DNA of 62,378 bases from an uncultured bacterium (GTDB lineage Bacteria > Babelota > Babeliae > Babelales > RVW-14): NCBI GenBank assembly GCA_963759805.1, contig CAVXAT010000009.1, forward strand, positions 1 through 62,378, in the 5' to 3' direction. Shown piece after piece: positions 27,921 to 38,251 of the stretch. Below the pieces are notes generated by a model, which was not told where the DNA came from, searched no databases, and saw only the letters and a program-made list of their open reading frames with translations. A program made the translations under genes and the position numbers. The number at the start of each line of letters is the position of its first letter. Within the stretch, counting starts at the first letter, position 1.

Positions 27921-28943
27921 ATGAAAATAGGGATGATTTTTCCTGGGCAGGGATCCCAGCTTCTTGGAATGTGTAAAGAACTTTATGATCGAGAACGTTT
28001 GGTTCAGGAGCTTTTTGAACAGGCTTCGAGTTGTTTGGACCAGAATTTTGTTCGACTCTGTTTTGCGTCATCAGAAAAAGAGCTCAGAGAAACTATTAAT
28101 GCACAAACATCGATTTTTCTTGTTAGTGCGTCAATCTACAAAATACTTAATGAGAAATATGGAATTATACCGGATATAGTTGCGGGACATAGCTCGGGAG
28201 AGTACTCCGCAATTTTCGCTGCCGGCGGAATGACATTTCCTGATGCGTTGTATCTGCTTAAAAAGCGTGCGCTATTTTTGGAAGAAGCGACCCAAAAGTA
28301 TGAAGGGGGCATGTTAGCATCTCTTGGATTACCATTTGAGACGGTTCAGGAGATATGCCAAAAGTACGATGACCCAACTGATCTCAAAGTTGTTGCCCAA
28401 GTCGTAAATTATAATTCGCCAACTCAATTTGTTATATCAGGGACAAACAATGAACTTATTGCTATTGCAAGTGATATTAAGCAGGCCAAAGGTAAGGCAA
28501 TAGCGCTCAATGTTGCAGGGGCATTTCATTCAAGAATGATGCGAGAGGCTGAAGAGAATTTTGCCGCATATTTGGTTAAAGTTGATTTTAAAGATCTTGC
28601 TGTTCCACTTGTTAACAATGTTGCAGCTAAGATTGTAAAATCAAATGAAGAGATCAAAGAGTCGCTTGTCAGTCAGATGAGTTCTAATGTTTTGTGGTGG
28701 CCGGCTATGAAACATTTCAAAAAATGTGATCTGATTATTGAGGTAGGTCCCGGTACCAAATATGCAAAAATGCTCAAACGGGAGTGGCCGAAAGCAAATG
28801 TTGCTTCAATTAATACACAGGCTGACATTGAGCAGTTGGTGACATCTTTGGGTAAGGAGATTCAGAAAACTGAAATGGATCTTGTTGTTGAGCAAGAGTT
28901 GAGTGATGGACAGAAGGGCAGTGAGGGCGATGGCTCAATTTAA
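27921..28943 (+). CDS. fabD: Malonyl-CoA:ACP transacylase
   Basis: FPGQGSQ, AGHSSGE, NYNSPTQ.VISG, VAGAFHS, EVGPG. Start could be 27915. Confidence 0.96.
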   Translation: MKIGMIFPGQGSQLLGMCKELYDRERLVQELFEQASSCLDQNFVRLCFASSEKELRETINAQTSIFLVSASIYKILNEKYGIIPDIVAGHSSGEYSAIFAAGGMTFPDALYLLKKRALFLEEATQKYEGGMLASLGLPFETVQEICQKYDDPTDLKVVAQVVNYNSPTQFVISGTNNELIAIASDIKQAKGKAIALNVAGAFHSRMMREAEENFAAYLVKVDFKDLAVPLVNNVAAKIVKSNEEIKESLVSQMSSNVLWWPAMKHFKKCDLIIEVGPGTKYAKMLKREWPKANVASINTQADIEQLVTSLGKEIQKTEMDLVVEQELSDGQKGSEGDGSI

Positions 28944-29667
28944 CTCTTTAATCACCGGAGGGGTGCAGGGGATAGGCCTTGCTGTCGCTAAAAAACTTTT
29001 GTCTCGTGGAGATTGTGTTTCTGTTTTTGACATTTTATCGCAAGATGCACCAGTTGTTCAGGATCTAAAAAAATTAAATATTCAATACTTTCAAGTCGAT
29101 GTTACATCTGTTGAATCAATAAAAAACGGATTTGATCAATTATCTAAGTTTTTGGATAATCAGCCAAATAAAGATTTAAATTTGCTTGTGAATAACGCAG
29201 GAGTCACGCGTGACACACTTGCGATTCGAATGTGTGAATCCGATTGGGATACTGTTTTAGATGTGAATCTAAAAGGGACATTTTTCTGCTCTGCGCAAGC
29301 ACTTAAGCGCATGATTAAGCAAAAAAAGAGCTATGTTATTAATATTAGCTCAATTGTTGGCATTCATGGTAATGCCGGGCAGGCTAATTATGCTGCTAGC
29401 AAGGCCGGAATTATAGCATTAACCAAAACTCTCGCGCAAGAGTACGCAAGTCGCAATGTCTTGATCAACGCCATTGCGCCGGGATTTATCCAAACAAGCA
29501 TGACTGAAAAATTACCTGAATCTGCCAAACAGATGGCACTAGATCACATAGCGCTCAAGCGCTTTGGACATCCGGATGATATTGCTAATCTTATTGATTT
29601 TTTGACCTCAGGCAGGGCTGACTATATTACCGGCCAGACTATAGAGTTAACCGGTGGAATGTTTTAA
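28930..29667 (+). CDS. fabG: 3-oxoacyl-ACP reductase
   Basis: TGGVQGIG, NNAGVTRD, GQANYAASKAG, APGFIQT. Confidence 0.96.
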   Translation: MAQFNSLITGGVQGIGLAVAKKLLSRGDCVSVFDILSQDAPVVQDLKKLNIQYFQVDVTSVESIKNGFDQLSKFLDNQPNKDLNLLVNNAGVTRDTLAIRMCESDWDTVLDVNLKGTFFCSAQALKRMIKQKKSYVINISSIVGIHGNAGQANYAASKAGIIALTKTLAQEYASRNVLINAIAPGFIQTSMTEKLPESAKQMALDHIALKRFGHPDDIANLIDFLTSGRADYITGQTIELTGGMF

Positions 29668-29694
29668 ATGATACATAAAATATGTTTTTGATTT

Positions 29695-30816
29695 CTATAA
29701 AAACAGTTCGGATAAAAATTTTTCTGCACTCAATATTTTTATTTCATTTTGCTCATGTTCATGACGAAGTAATTTAACCAATTGAATAGCGGGATAGTTA
29801 TATTTTTCATGAAAATGTACCAACGCATGGCTAAGAGATCCATCTGACAGTTTAACTTCTATTATCTGTTCAACATTTTCTTGTCGAGCTAATGCAAAGT
29901 CCACTTCTATTCCATCTTTTGTACGCAAATAATGTAGATTATACTCTTCGGCATGATAATCGGTTTTTGCGCAAGCATGTTTTAGTAGACTGACGGCAAC
30001 TAAATTTTCTAACTTTGCTCCATCATCCCCCTGCACAAGGCCTGTATCAAAAAAGTATATTTTGGGCTCTTTCAACAAGCTGCGTGCAATATTTTTGGAG
30101 TAAGGGGTCACTCTAAAAATAATGTATAAAGCTTCTAAAATCTGGATATATTTTTTTATCGTCATTGGAGATACAGCAACATCCTCTGCCAAAGATTGGA
30201 ATGAAACCGGTGAGCCAACACGATTTCTTAATAAATTAAAAACAAGCTGCATAGCCTTTAAATTATAAATTTTATCTATTTCAAAAACATCAGAACTTAA
30301 AATACTGTTAATATACTGCAATCGCCATCTACTGGCTTCAACTTCATCATCAACCAAATAAGGTTCCGGAAAACCACCTCGCACAATCAGCCTTTGGATA
30401 TCCAATGGCTCAGATACCTGCGCAAGCTCAGCCAAAGAGAGTGGGAATAATCTATGTCGGAAATACCGTCCGGCCAATGAGTCTCCTAAGTGGTCATAGA
30501 TATCCAAGCGGGCGCTGCCTGTTACCAAGACATGCATAGATTCAGGTTTTGTATCATACAATCCCTTGAGATAATTCTTCCAATCTCGCATTTTATGAAG
30601 TTCATCAAGCACCAAAAGATCCGTAGTTGGCAACCAAGACTGCGCGCTAATAATTTCGCGATCTAAGATTTGATCATAATTGAGATAGACACTGCTTTTA
30701 AATTCTTTTGCAATGTCCTTTGCCAACCAGGTTTTACCTGACTGGCGAGGCCCAACGATAAGAACCATTTTTTTTTCTAAATCCCTAAGGATCCACTGTT
30801 TTTGTATTCTCTTCAT
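29695..30816 (-). CDS. AAA_14 ATPase with DUF4143 / PD-(D/E)xK-like C-terminus
   Basis: GPRQSGKT, LDELH, TGSARL, SLAGR, GGFPEP, KIYFFDTG, EVDF..IEVK. Confidence 0.9.
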   Translation of the reverse strand: MKRIQKQWILRDLEKKMVLIVGPRQSGKTWLAKDIAKEFKSSVYLNYDQILDREIISAQSWLPTTDLLVLDELHKMRDWKNYLKGLYDTKPESMHVLVTGSARLDIYDHLGDSLAGRYFRHRLFPLSLAELAQVSEPLDIQRLIVRGGFPEPYLVDDEVEASRWRLQYINSILSSDVFEIDKIYNLKAMQLVFNLLRNRVGSPVSFQSLAEDVAVSPMTIKKYIQILEALYIIFRVTPYSKNIARSLLKEPKIYFFDTGLVQGDDGAKLENLVAVSLLKHACAKTDYHAEEYNLHYLRTKDGIEVDFALARQENVEQIIEVKLSDGSLSHALVHFHEKYNYPAIQLVKLLRHEHEQNEIKILSAEKFLSELFL

Positions 30817-31026
30817 ATGACTATAATATATCATAATATGTAAAAGTCAAGACTTTTCTCCAATATGATATCGTTTTGTCATAAATTATTAAGTAGCAAT
30901 TAACTAAAAACAGCTTAAAAATACACACTTTTGTGGAAAATTTTTCAAAAATCAGATATCATATAAACCTGTGTTATTAAAAATTTATTGATTAAAGCTG
31001 TGATTAAAGTTTTTAGGAGTATTTTT

Positions 31027-31275
31027 ATGGCATTCACAAAAGAAGAGACTCTGAGCAAAGTAGTTTCCATTATTTCAGAAAAATTGAACCTTCCTGCGCA
31101 AAATATTACAGAATCTTCTACATTTAAAGATTTGGGCGCAGATTCACTTGATGTTGTTGAGATCATAATGAGTTTTGAAGAGACATTTGGTCTTGAAATC
31201 AAAGATGAAGATGCCGAAAAAATTAAATCAATCGGTGAAGCTGTAAATTTAATTCACACATATCGTACAAAATAA
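31027..31275 (+). CDS. acpP: Acyl carrier protein
   Basis: DLGADSLDVVE phosphopantetheine motif; AGGAG RBS. Confidence 0.97.
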   Translation: MAFTKEETLSKVVSIISEKLNLPAQNITESSTFKDLGADSLDVVEIIMSFEETFGLEIKDEDAEKIKSIGEAVNLIHTYRTK

Positions 31276-31289
31276 GAAGTTAGCTTACT

Positions 31290-32555
31290 ATGTCAAAATG
31301 TGAGGTTGTAATCACAGGGGTGGGACTTATTACCCCATTGGGCAATGACACGCAGACAACTTGGAGTAACTTAATCGCCGGAAAATCCGGAATCGGTTTT
31401 ATAAGTGATCGTTACAATCTTGAAAATTATCCATGTAAAGTTGTCGGTTTTGTAAAAAATGATCAGGCCCTTATCGATCAAGTTTTGTCCCAAAAGGATC
31501 AGAACAAGGCCGGGAGATTTATTCAGCTAAGTCTGGTTGCAGCAAAACAGGCAATTGAAGATTCCGGCTTATCGCAAGCTGTTCCTGAGCAACGGGACAG
31601 ATTTGGCTCATACATGGGAATTGGAATTGGTGGACTTGGTGAAATTGAGCATTGTGTTCGTGAGTACATGGCCGGAGGTTCCAAAAGGATATCCCCCTTT
31701 ACAATCCCAAGTTTGATTAGTAACGAGGCTGTAGGTTGGGCGAGTATAAAGTGGAATTTACAAGGTCCTTCTGCCGTAATTACAAATGCCTGTTCTTCAA
31801 GCAGCGATGCTTTGGGCCTTGCTTTCAGATCAATAAAAGATGGATATGCAGATTACATGCTTGCCGGTGGAGTTGAAAGTTGTGCAATTCCTATGACAGT
31901 AGTTGGTTTTGGCAACATGAGAGCTCTTTCAACATGGTCCGGTGATCCTGCGCGAGCAAGCAGGCCGTTTGATGCTTTACGCACCGGTTTTGTAATGGCC
32001 GAAGGTGCCGCAATGCTTGTACTTGAGCGCAAAGACCTGGCAATTAAACGTGGCGCCAAAATTTATGCGCAAATAGTGGGCTATGGCGCAACCTCTGATG
32101 CCCACCACATTACTGCAATTCATCCTGATGGACGAGGAGCCATAAATGCGATAAAAATGGCACTGAATGAGGCAAAAATTAATCCTGAAGATGTTGGGTA
32201 TATTAATGCTCACGGCACGGGTACACGCATGAATGATGTCGTTGAGACTAATGCACTAAAGCATGTTTTTGGAGAGCATGTCTGTGCAGAAAAACCAAAT
32301 CACATTGCAGTTAGCAGCACAAAGTCCATGACAGGACATATGCTTGGGGCAACAGGAGCTGCGGAAGCAATTTTTTGCGCTCTTGCGCTTGAAAATCAAA
32401 TTCTGCCGCCGACAATAAATCTTGAGAATCCTGATCCGGAATGCGACCTTGATTATGTTCCCGGCTGTGCCAGAGATTCAAAAATAAGTTACGCCATATC
32501 CAATTCGTTTGGGTTTGGTGGTGGTAATACTGTTCTTGTGTTGAGAAAGAATTAA
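31290..32555 (+). CDS. fabF: Beta-ketoacyl-ACP synthase II
   Basis: VVITGVG, NACSS, INAHGTGT, STKSMTGH, SNSFGFGG. Confidence 0.97.
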   Translation: MSKCEVVITGVGLITPLGNDTQTTWSNLIAGKSGIGFISDRYNLENYPCKVVGFVKNDQALIDQVLSQKDQNKAGRFIQLSLVAAKQAIEDSGLSQAVPEQRDRFGSYMGIGIGGLGEIEHCVREYMAGGSKRISPFTIPSLISNEAVGWASIKWNLQGPSAVITNACSSSSDALGLAFRSIKDGYADYMLAGGVESCAIPMTVVGFGNMRALSTWSGDPARASRPFDALRTGFVMAEGAAMLVLERKDLAIKRGAKIYAQIVGYGATSDAHHITAIHPDGRGAINAIKMALNEAKINPEDVGYINAHGTGTRMNDVVETNALKHVFGEHVCAEKPNHIAVSSTKSMTGHMLGATGAAEAIFCALALENQILPPTINLENPDPECDLDYVPGCARDSKISYAISNSFGFGGGNTVLVLRKN

Positions 32556-32679
32556 ATTAAACAAAATCTTTATTTTTTAGTTTAGTTTGATATATAATTC
32601 AGTTAGTAAAGTTATCCGTTGGCAAATTAAGTAATATAGACGTAAGATTTTGGTAATTTTCATAGGTAAGGAGATTTTT

Positions 32680-33447
32680 ATGAATATAAAACAACTTTCG
32701 GTGTTACTTTTGGCTGTATCGATGGTCGCGACCCAATCCATTAGTCCAGTAGCAGTAGAGGAGAGGGGGAAGCCAGAAGAAAAGACGAAAGTGTCAAAAC
32801 AGCTTACGGCCAAACAGGTTGTTCCTGCTAAAAAACAGATGGGTACTGTTAAGGACGTAAAAGCAAAACCTGTTATAGCAAAGAAAAAGACGGCCACTGC
32901 AAAAGTAAAATCTGCTCCGAAGAAAGTCGTCAAACCTGCTCCTAAGAAAGTTGTCAAGCGTCCACCAGTAAAAAGAGCTAAGAAGTCACGTGGGAAAATC
33001 GTTAAAAAAGAAAATAAATTAATGACTGAGCCAATTGCCAAACTTGGAAAGTTTGATGCCAGAGGTTCTATTAAATCATTTACTGGTGCTGCTAATAATA
33101 TCATTGAATTTATGCACGAAAAAGGTTCATCTGCAACGGCAAGTCAAAAGGCGGAGATTTTTACGGTAATTGCGCGTTTTAATTGGATTGCTGGTCGTAA
33201 GAATTTTGATACACCTGCCCACTATGCGCAAGCTGAAAAGCTTTTAAATGAAGCAAGCAAACATGAGGCTTTGTTTGGGGCCACAAAGATGAAGTTTATT
33301 AATAAGTGGAAAGCGTCAATTCTAACACGTCAGAAAAAAGAGGTAGCTAAGGCGCCAATTAAAAAAGCAACACAAAAACCGGTTGTTAAAGCGGTTGAAA
33401 AGCGTCGGGCAGAAATGCCAAAAAAAACGGCAACGCGCGCTAAATAA
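32680..33447 (+). CDS. Exported Lys/Ala/Val/Pro-rich, histone-H1-like basic protein
   Basis: AAGGAG RBS, signal peptide MNIKQLSVLLLAVSMVA, repeats APKKVVKPAPKKVVK. Confidence 0.75.
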   Translation: MNIKQLSVLLLAVSMVATQSISPVAVEERGKPEEKTKVSKQLTAKQVVPAKKQMGTVKDVKAKPVIAKKKTATAKVKSAPKKVVKPAPKKVVKRPPVKRAKKSRGKIVKKENKLMTEPIAKLGKFDARGSIKSFTGAANNIIEFMHEKGSSATASQKAEIFTVIARFNWIAGRKNFDTPAHYAQAEKLLNEASKHEALFGATKMKFINKWKASILTRQKKEVAKAPIKKATQKPVVKAVEKRRAEMPKKTATRAK

Positions 33448-33489
33448 ATAAAGATTTTTTATAAGCTAGATATTAAGCTAGATAAAGAT

Positions 33490-33512
33490 AAGGGCTCCAA
33501 GTTGGAGCCCTT
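33490..33512. terminator. Bidirectional terminator hairpin
   Basis: AAGGGCTCCAA-G-TTGGAGCCCTT between convergent genes. Confidence 0.75.
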
Positions 33513-33536
33513 TGTCAGTTACTTTTTATTTTATGA

Positions 33537-35747
33537 CTACTCTCCCACTGCTGTTTCTTCGGCTTCTTGCTCTTCAGTCAACTGTTTGGTGCCCTCTTTT
33601 TTAGCTTTTTTCTTAGGTAATTTTTTCACGGTTTTTTGGGCAGCCTTTTTCTCGGATTTTTTCAAGGTTTTGGCAGCTTTCTTCTCCGCTTTTACTGCCT
33701 TTTTCACGGTTTTGGCAGCTTCCTTTTTCTCCGTTTTGGCAATCTTCTTCTCAGTTGTAGCTTTAGCAACTGTTTTAACAAAACGTCTGTGATAATTTTT
33801 CCCTTTACGATCAAGTGCAAAGAACATTCCTTTGGCATTTATAGAGATTGAGTGGAATCCATGAACTTGCTTGCCTTTTTTAGTATTTACAGGGATCCAT
33901 TTTTTTGTTTTGTAATGTAACTTCCACAGAGAGCCCTTTTTACCGATAGCAAAGATATATTTTTCGCTTCCGACTGTAATATCTTTTAAGTCAGTTGCTC
34001 CGGTCAGTTCTACCCACTTGCTGCCAACTAATTCATACGCCTCGCCATCTTTATTTATCTTGATTAAAATTGGCTTTTTATCTGCTGACATACCTGCTGC
34101 TATGGATTTTACATTCCCCCAAGATGTTCCTGAGGCGCCTGCTTTTTGTGCGTTTATTATGTCCGTATCATCGCTAATTTTTACCCAAGATGCTCCGGTT
34201 TTTTGTACGTCATATTTGTAAATGATAGAGGTTGATTTACCTGGAGTATTAAAATTCTGTACGGCGTAAATATTATCATCATCAGCGATTGTAATATTTT
34301 CTAGAACTATGTCTTGATTGGATGCCGGCAATAAACTCCAAGCATTTTTTGCCCAATCATATTTTAAAGCCGTAAAATTATCTCGAATGGCAACCACATC
34401 ACCATCTGATGATACTGCGATATCAATTAATTTCACTACCGGATTTGGATTTGTCGAAAATTCCAATGGAGCCTTTTCTTGTACGGATACTGATCTAATT
34501 ACTCCATCCGAACCTAGGTAGGTAACCGTTAACGTTTTGCCTTTTCCAAATGCAGGATCTCCAAAAATTTTGTTCTGCCAAGATCCATACTGGTCCATGC
34601 CGACAGTTTGGCTTGATAAAACAAGTGTGCGCGCCGTTGAAGGAATTTGGGTTTGTAGTAGAGCTGTTACATCCTTAGGTTGATCGCCCGCGCCGTAAGT
34701 TGCTTTTATAATTTTAATTGAGCATACAGGACTCTTAATATCCTGTTTAACCCATGGGTTGATTACTTTTTTCGATTTGGAATCTTTCGATGGGGATTCT
34801 TTTTTGCTTTGACGTTCTTCATTAACATATTTGTAAGTATCTCCATTTGCATCTATTGCCCATGCTTCCAATTTATTGTCTTTACGCCCAACAGAAATTT
34901 TCTTGAAAGTTCCGGATTCGAGCTTGAACCCTTCGTGTTTTAATTCAGCCTGTAGAGCAGCTTCTTCTTTGGTTTCCTCAGCTTCCTTGACTGCTTCTTC
35001 TTTTGCCGTTGCTTCTTTAGCTTTGGCAGCTTCTGCTGCGATGTCGCTCGCTCGTGAAACACTAATATTTGTGAAATCGACCTCGCAATCCCAACCACCC
35101 AAGCCAAAATATTTTGGAGTAGGAACTATTGGATTTGTTATTTTCCATTTACACACTACAGTTTTTGGATTGGCAACATTTCCTGTACCCAATGTGAGTG
35201 TTGGGAGTTGTGGAGTGATTGAGGTGTCCTTATCGAGATATTGTACCCAGTAAGTTTGTCCGCTTACCAGAGTATACGCTATATCATCATTCCCGTGTCC
35301 CATGTTGGTTCCAACCAGAATAGAATCATCACTTAAAAAAGTGGAATAATCTGATTTGTATACTAAGCTTGTGCGGACACCACCGTCTCTTCCAAATGCA
35401 AGCCTATAAACATTCCCATTTTGATCTTGTTCCGCAGAAAGGACTACGACAACGTCGCTAAGTCCACTTGGTAGTGTAGCTGTAAAAAATAATGCATCTC
35501 CGGGGTTGTAGGTCCAGCCTGGATTAAAAGTGACAGTTTGGCTCTTTGCGGGGTAGGTAAAAGATGTTGAGACAGATTGTTGGATTGGGGTAGGAGCAGG
35601 ATGGATTATTGGGGCTTTTTGCATTGGTGTTGATCCCCAATCTTTTTTAAACTCAGACACCATCATTGAATCGACGTTACTGCTATTAACGGTGCACACC
35701 GCTAATAATAAAATAAACGAGTAAGATAAATTTTTTCTCATAACCAT
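33537..35747 (-). CDS. Secreted multidomain protein: FAMeT-like domain, tectonin-like propeller with inserted SUEL/Gal-lectin-like domain, Lys-rich tail (copy A)
   Basis: Signal peptide; YRLAFG..TYWVQY..KYFGLGGW; blades ISVG..WAIDANG; IIKATYG..DVT..IFGDPAFGKGKTLTVTY; KKAAKT repeats. Confidence 0.7.
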   Translation of the reverse strand: MVMRKNLSYSFILLLAVCTVNSSNVDSMMVSEFKKDWGSTPMQKAPIIHPAPTPIQQSVSTSFTYPAKSQTVTFNPGWTYNPGDALFFTATLPSGLSDVVVVLSAEQDQNGNVYRLAFGRDGGVRTSLVYKSDYSTFLSDDSILVGTNMGHGNDDIAYTLVSGQTYWVQYLDKDTSITPQLPTLTLGTGNVANPKTVVCKWKITNPIVPTPKYFGLGGWDCEVDFTNISVSRASDIAAEAAKAKEATAKEEAVKEAEETKEEAALQAELKHEGFKLESGTFKKISVGRKDNKLEAWAIDANGDTYKYVNEERQSKKESPSKDSKSKKVINPWVKQDIKSPVCSIKIIKATYGAGDQPKDVTALLQTQIPSTARTLVLSSQTVGMDQYGSWQNKIFGDPAFGKGKTLTVTYLGSDGVIRSVSVQEKAPLEFSTNPNPVVKLIDIAVSSDGDVVAIRDNFTALKYDWAKNAWSLLPASNQDIVLENITIADDDNIYAVQNFNTPGKSTSIIYKYDVQKTGASWVKISDDTDIINAQKAGASGTSWGNVKSIAAGMSADKKPILIKINKDGEAYELVGSKWVELTGATDLKDITVGSEKYIFAIGKKGSLWKLHYKTKKWIPVNTKKGKQVHGFHSISINAKGMFFALDRKGKNYHRRFVKTVAKATTEKKIAKTEKKEAAKTVKKAVKAEKKAAKTLKKSEKKAAQKTVKKLPKKKAKKEGTKQLTEEQEAEETAVGE

Positions 35748-35842
35748 ATCTCCTTAAAAAATACGAAAACCAAACATTACGACTATTAAGAATTATTAAC
35801 AAAATGTTTTTTGATTTGCAACACTTTAAATTAAATAAGTAT

Positions 35843-35879
35843 AAAAAAGGCCCCAAAACTGGTTTGTCGTGGGGCCTTT
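35843..35879 (-). terminator. Intrinsic terminator (second copy at 38096-38132)
   Basis: AAAGGCCCCA...TGGGGCC hairpin followed by a T-run on the minus strand. Confidence 0.75.
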
Positions 35880-35924
35880 AACATCAGCGCATGATTTAAA
35901 TCAGCGTGTAATTTTTTAGAATGT

Positions 35925-38000
35925 TTATTTGACAGCTTTTGGTGCTACAGGCTTTTTAACGGCTGGTTTGACTACTTTTTTCTCCGTTTTGGCAATCTTC
36001 TTCTCAGTTGTAGCTTTAGCAACTGTTTTAACAAAACGTCTGTGATAATTTTTCCCTTTACGATCAAGTGCAAAGAACATTCCTTTGGCATTTATAGAGA
36101 TTGAGTGGAATCCATGAACTTGCTTGCCTTTTTTAGTATTTACAGGGATCCATTTTTTTGTTTTGTAATGTAACTTCCACAGAGAGCCCTTTTTACCGAT
36201 AGCAAAGATATATTTTTCGCTTCCGACTGTAATATCTTTTAAGTCAGTTGCTCCGGTCAGTTCTACCCACTTGCTGCCAACTAATTCATACGCCTCGCCA
36301 TCTTTATTTATCTTGATTAAAATTGGCTTTTTATCTGCTGACATACCTGCTGCTATGGATTTTACATTCCCCCAAGATGTTCCTGAGGCGCCTGCTTTTT
36401 GTGCGTTTATTATGTCCGTATCATCGCTAATTTTTACCCAAGATGCTCCGGTTTTTTGTACGTCATATTTGTAAATGATAGAGGTTGATTTACCTGGAGT
36501 ATTAAAATTCTGTACGGCGTAAATATTATCATCATCAGCGATTGTAATATTTTCTAGAACTATGTCTTGATTGGATGCCGGCAATAAACTCCAAGCATTT
36601 TTTGCCCAATCATATTTTAAAGCCGTAAAATTATCTCGAATGGCAACCACATCACCATCTGATGATACTGCGATATCAATTAATTTCACTACCGGATTTG
36701 GATTTGTCGAAAATTCCAATGGAGCCTTTTCTTGTACGGATACTGATCTAATTACTCCATCCGAACCTAGGTAGGTAACCGTTAACGTTTTGCCTTTTCC
36801 AAATGCAGGATCTCCAAAAATTTTGTTCTGCCAAGATCCATACTGGTCCATGCCGACAGTTTGGCTTGATAAAACAAGTGTGCGCGCCGTTGAAGGAATT
36901 TGGGTTTGTAGTAGAGCTGTTACATCCTTAGGTTGATCGCCCGCGCCGTAAGTTGCTTTTATAATTTTAATTGAGCATACAGGACTCTTAATATCCTGTT
37001 TAACCCATGGGTTGATTACTTTTTTCGATTTGGAATCTTTCGATGGGGATTCTTTTTTGCTTTGACGTTCTTCATTAACATATTTGTAAGTATCTCCATT
37101 TGCATCTATTGCCCATGCTTCCAATTTATTGTCTTTACGCCCAACAGAAATTTTCTTGAAAGTTCCGGATTCGAGCTTGAACCCTTCGTGTTTTAATTCA
37201 GCCTGTAGAGCAGCTTCTTCTTTGGTTTCCTCAGCTTCCTTGACTGCTTCTTCTTTTGCCGTTGCTTCTTTAGCTTTGGCAGCTTCTGCTGCGATGTCGC
37301 TCGCTCGTGAAACACTAATATTTGTGAAATCGACCTCGCAATCCCAACCACCCAAGCCAAAATATTTTGGAGTAGGAACTATTGGATTTGTTATTTTCCA
37401 TTTACACACTACAGTTTTTGGATTGGCAACATTTCCTGTACCCAATGTGAGTGTTGGGAGTTGTGGAGTGATTGAGGTGTCCTTATCGAGATATTGTACC
37501 CAGTAAGTTTGTCCGCTTACCAGAGTATACGCTATATCATCATTCCCGTGTCCCATGTTGGTTCCAACCAGAATAGAATCATCACTTAAAAAAGTGGAAT
37601 AATCTGATTTGTATACTAAGCTTGTGCGGACACCACCGTCTCTTCCAAATGCAAGCCTATAAACATTCCCATTTTGATCTTGTTCCGCAGAAAGGACTAC
37701 GACAACGTCGCTAAGTCCACTTGGTAGTGTAGCTGTAAAAAATAATGCATCTCCGGGGTTGTAGGTCCAGCCTGGATTAAAAGTGACAGTTTGGCTCTTT
37801 GCGGGGTAGGTAAAAGATGTTGAGACAGATTGTTGGATTGGGGTAGGAGCAGGATGGATTATTGGGGCTTTTTGCATTGGTGTTGATCCCCAATCTTTTT
37901 TAAACTCAGACACCATCATTGAATCGACGTTACTGCTATTAACGGTGCACACCGCTAATAATAAAATAAACGAGTAAGATAAATTTTTTCTCATAACCAT
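35925..38000 (-). CDS. Duplicate of copy A with a different Lys-rich tail (copy B, chimeric)
   Basis: Identical to 33537-35747 up to KIAKTEK, then KVVKPAVKKPVAPKAVK. Confidence 0.75.
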   Translation of the reverse strand: MVMRKNLSYSFILLLAVCTVNSSNVDSMMVSEFKKDWGSTPMQKAPIIHPAPTPIQQSVSTSFTYPAKSQTVTFNPGWTYNPGDALFFTATLPSGLSDVVVVLSAEQDQNGNVYRLAFGRDGGVRTSLVYKSDYSTFLSDDSILVGTNMGHGNDDIAYTLVSGQTYWVQYLDKDTSITPQLPTLTLGTGNVANPKTVVCKWKITNPIVPTPKYFGLGGWDCEVDFTNISVSRASDIAAEAAKAKEATAKEEAVKEAEETKEEAALQAELKHEGFKLESGTFKKISVGRKDNKLEAWAIDANGDTYKYVNEERQSKKESPSKDSKSKKVINPWVKQDIKSPVCSIKIIKATYGAGDQPKDVTALLQTQIPSTARTLVLSSQTVGMDQYGSWQNKIFGDPAFGKGKTLTVTYLGSDGVIRSVSVQEKAPLEFSTNPNPVVKLIDIAVSSDGDVVAIRDNFTALKYDWAKNAWSLLPASNQDIVLENITIADDDNIYAVQNFNTPGKSTSIIYKYDVQKTGASWVKISDDTDIINAQKAGASGTSWGNVKSIAAGMSADKKPILIKINKDGEAYELVGSKWVELTGATDLKDITVGSEKYIFAIGKKGSLWKLHYKTKKWIPVNTKKGKQVHGFHSISINAKGMFFALDRKGKNYHRRFVKTVAKATTEKKIAKTEKKVVKPAVKKPVAPKAVK

Positions 38001-38251
38001 ATCTCCTTAAAAAATACGAAAACCAAACATTACGACTATTAAGAATTATTAACAAAATGTTTTTTGATTTGCAACACTTTAAATTAAATAAGTATAAAAA
38101 AGGCCCCAAAACTGGTTTGTCGTGGGGCCTTTAACATCAGCGCATGATTTAAATCAGCGTGTAATTTTTTAGAATGTTTATTTGACAGCTTTTGGTGCTA
38201 CAGGCTTTTTAACGGCTGGTTTGACTACTTTTTTGACCACTTTCTTTTTAG

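Larger units (their letters stand above)
33724..38234. repeat. Direct tandem duplication, unit 2,253 bp (33724-35976 and 35977-38229)
   Basis: Identical ORF translations at offset 2253 in several frames, identical intergenic DNA, junction in a T-run microhomology. Confidence 0.93.

Noticed and set aside
32577..33792. Hydrophobic antisense ORFs 32577-33104 and 33502-33792, and other short antisense ORFs in the track
   Set aside because: They are shadows of Lys-rich or well-supported genes on the opposite strand.
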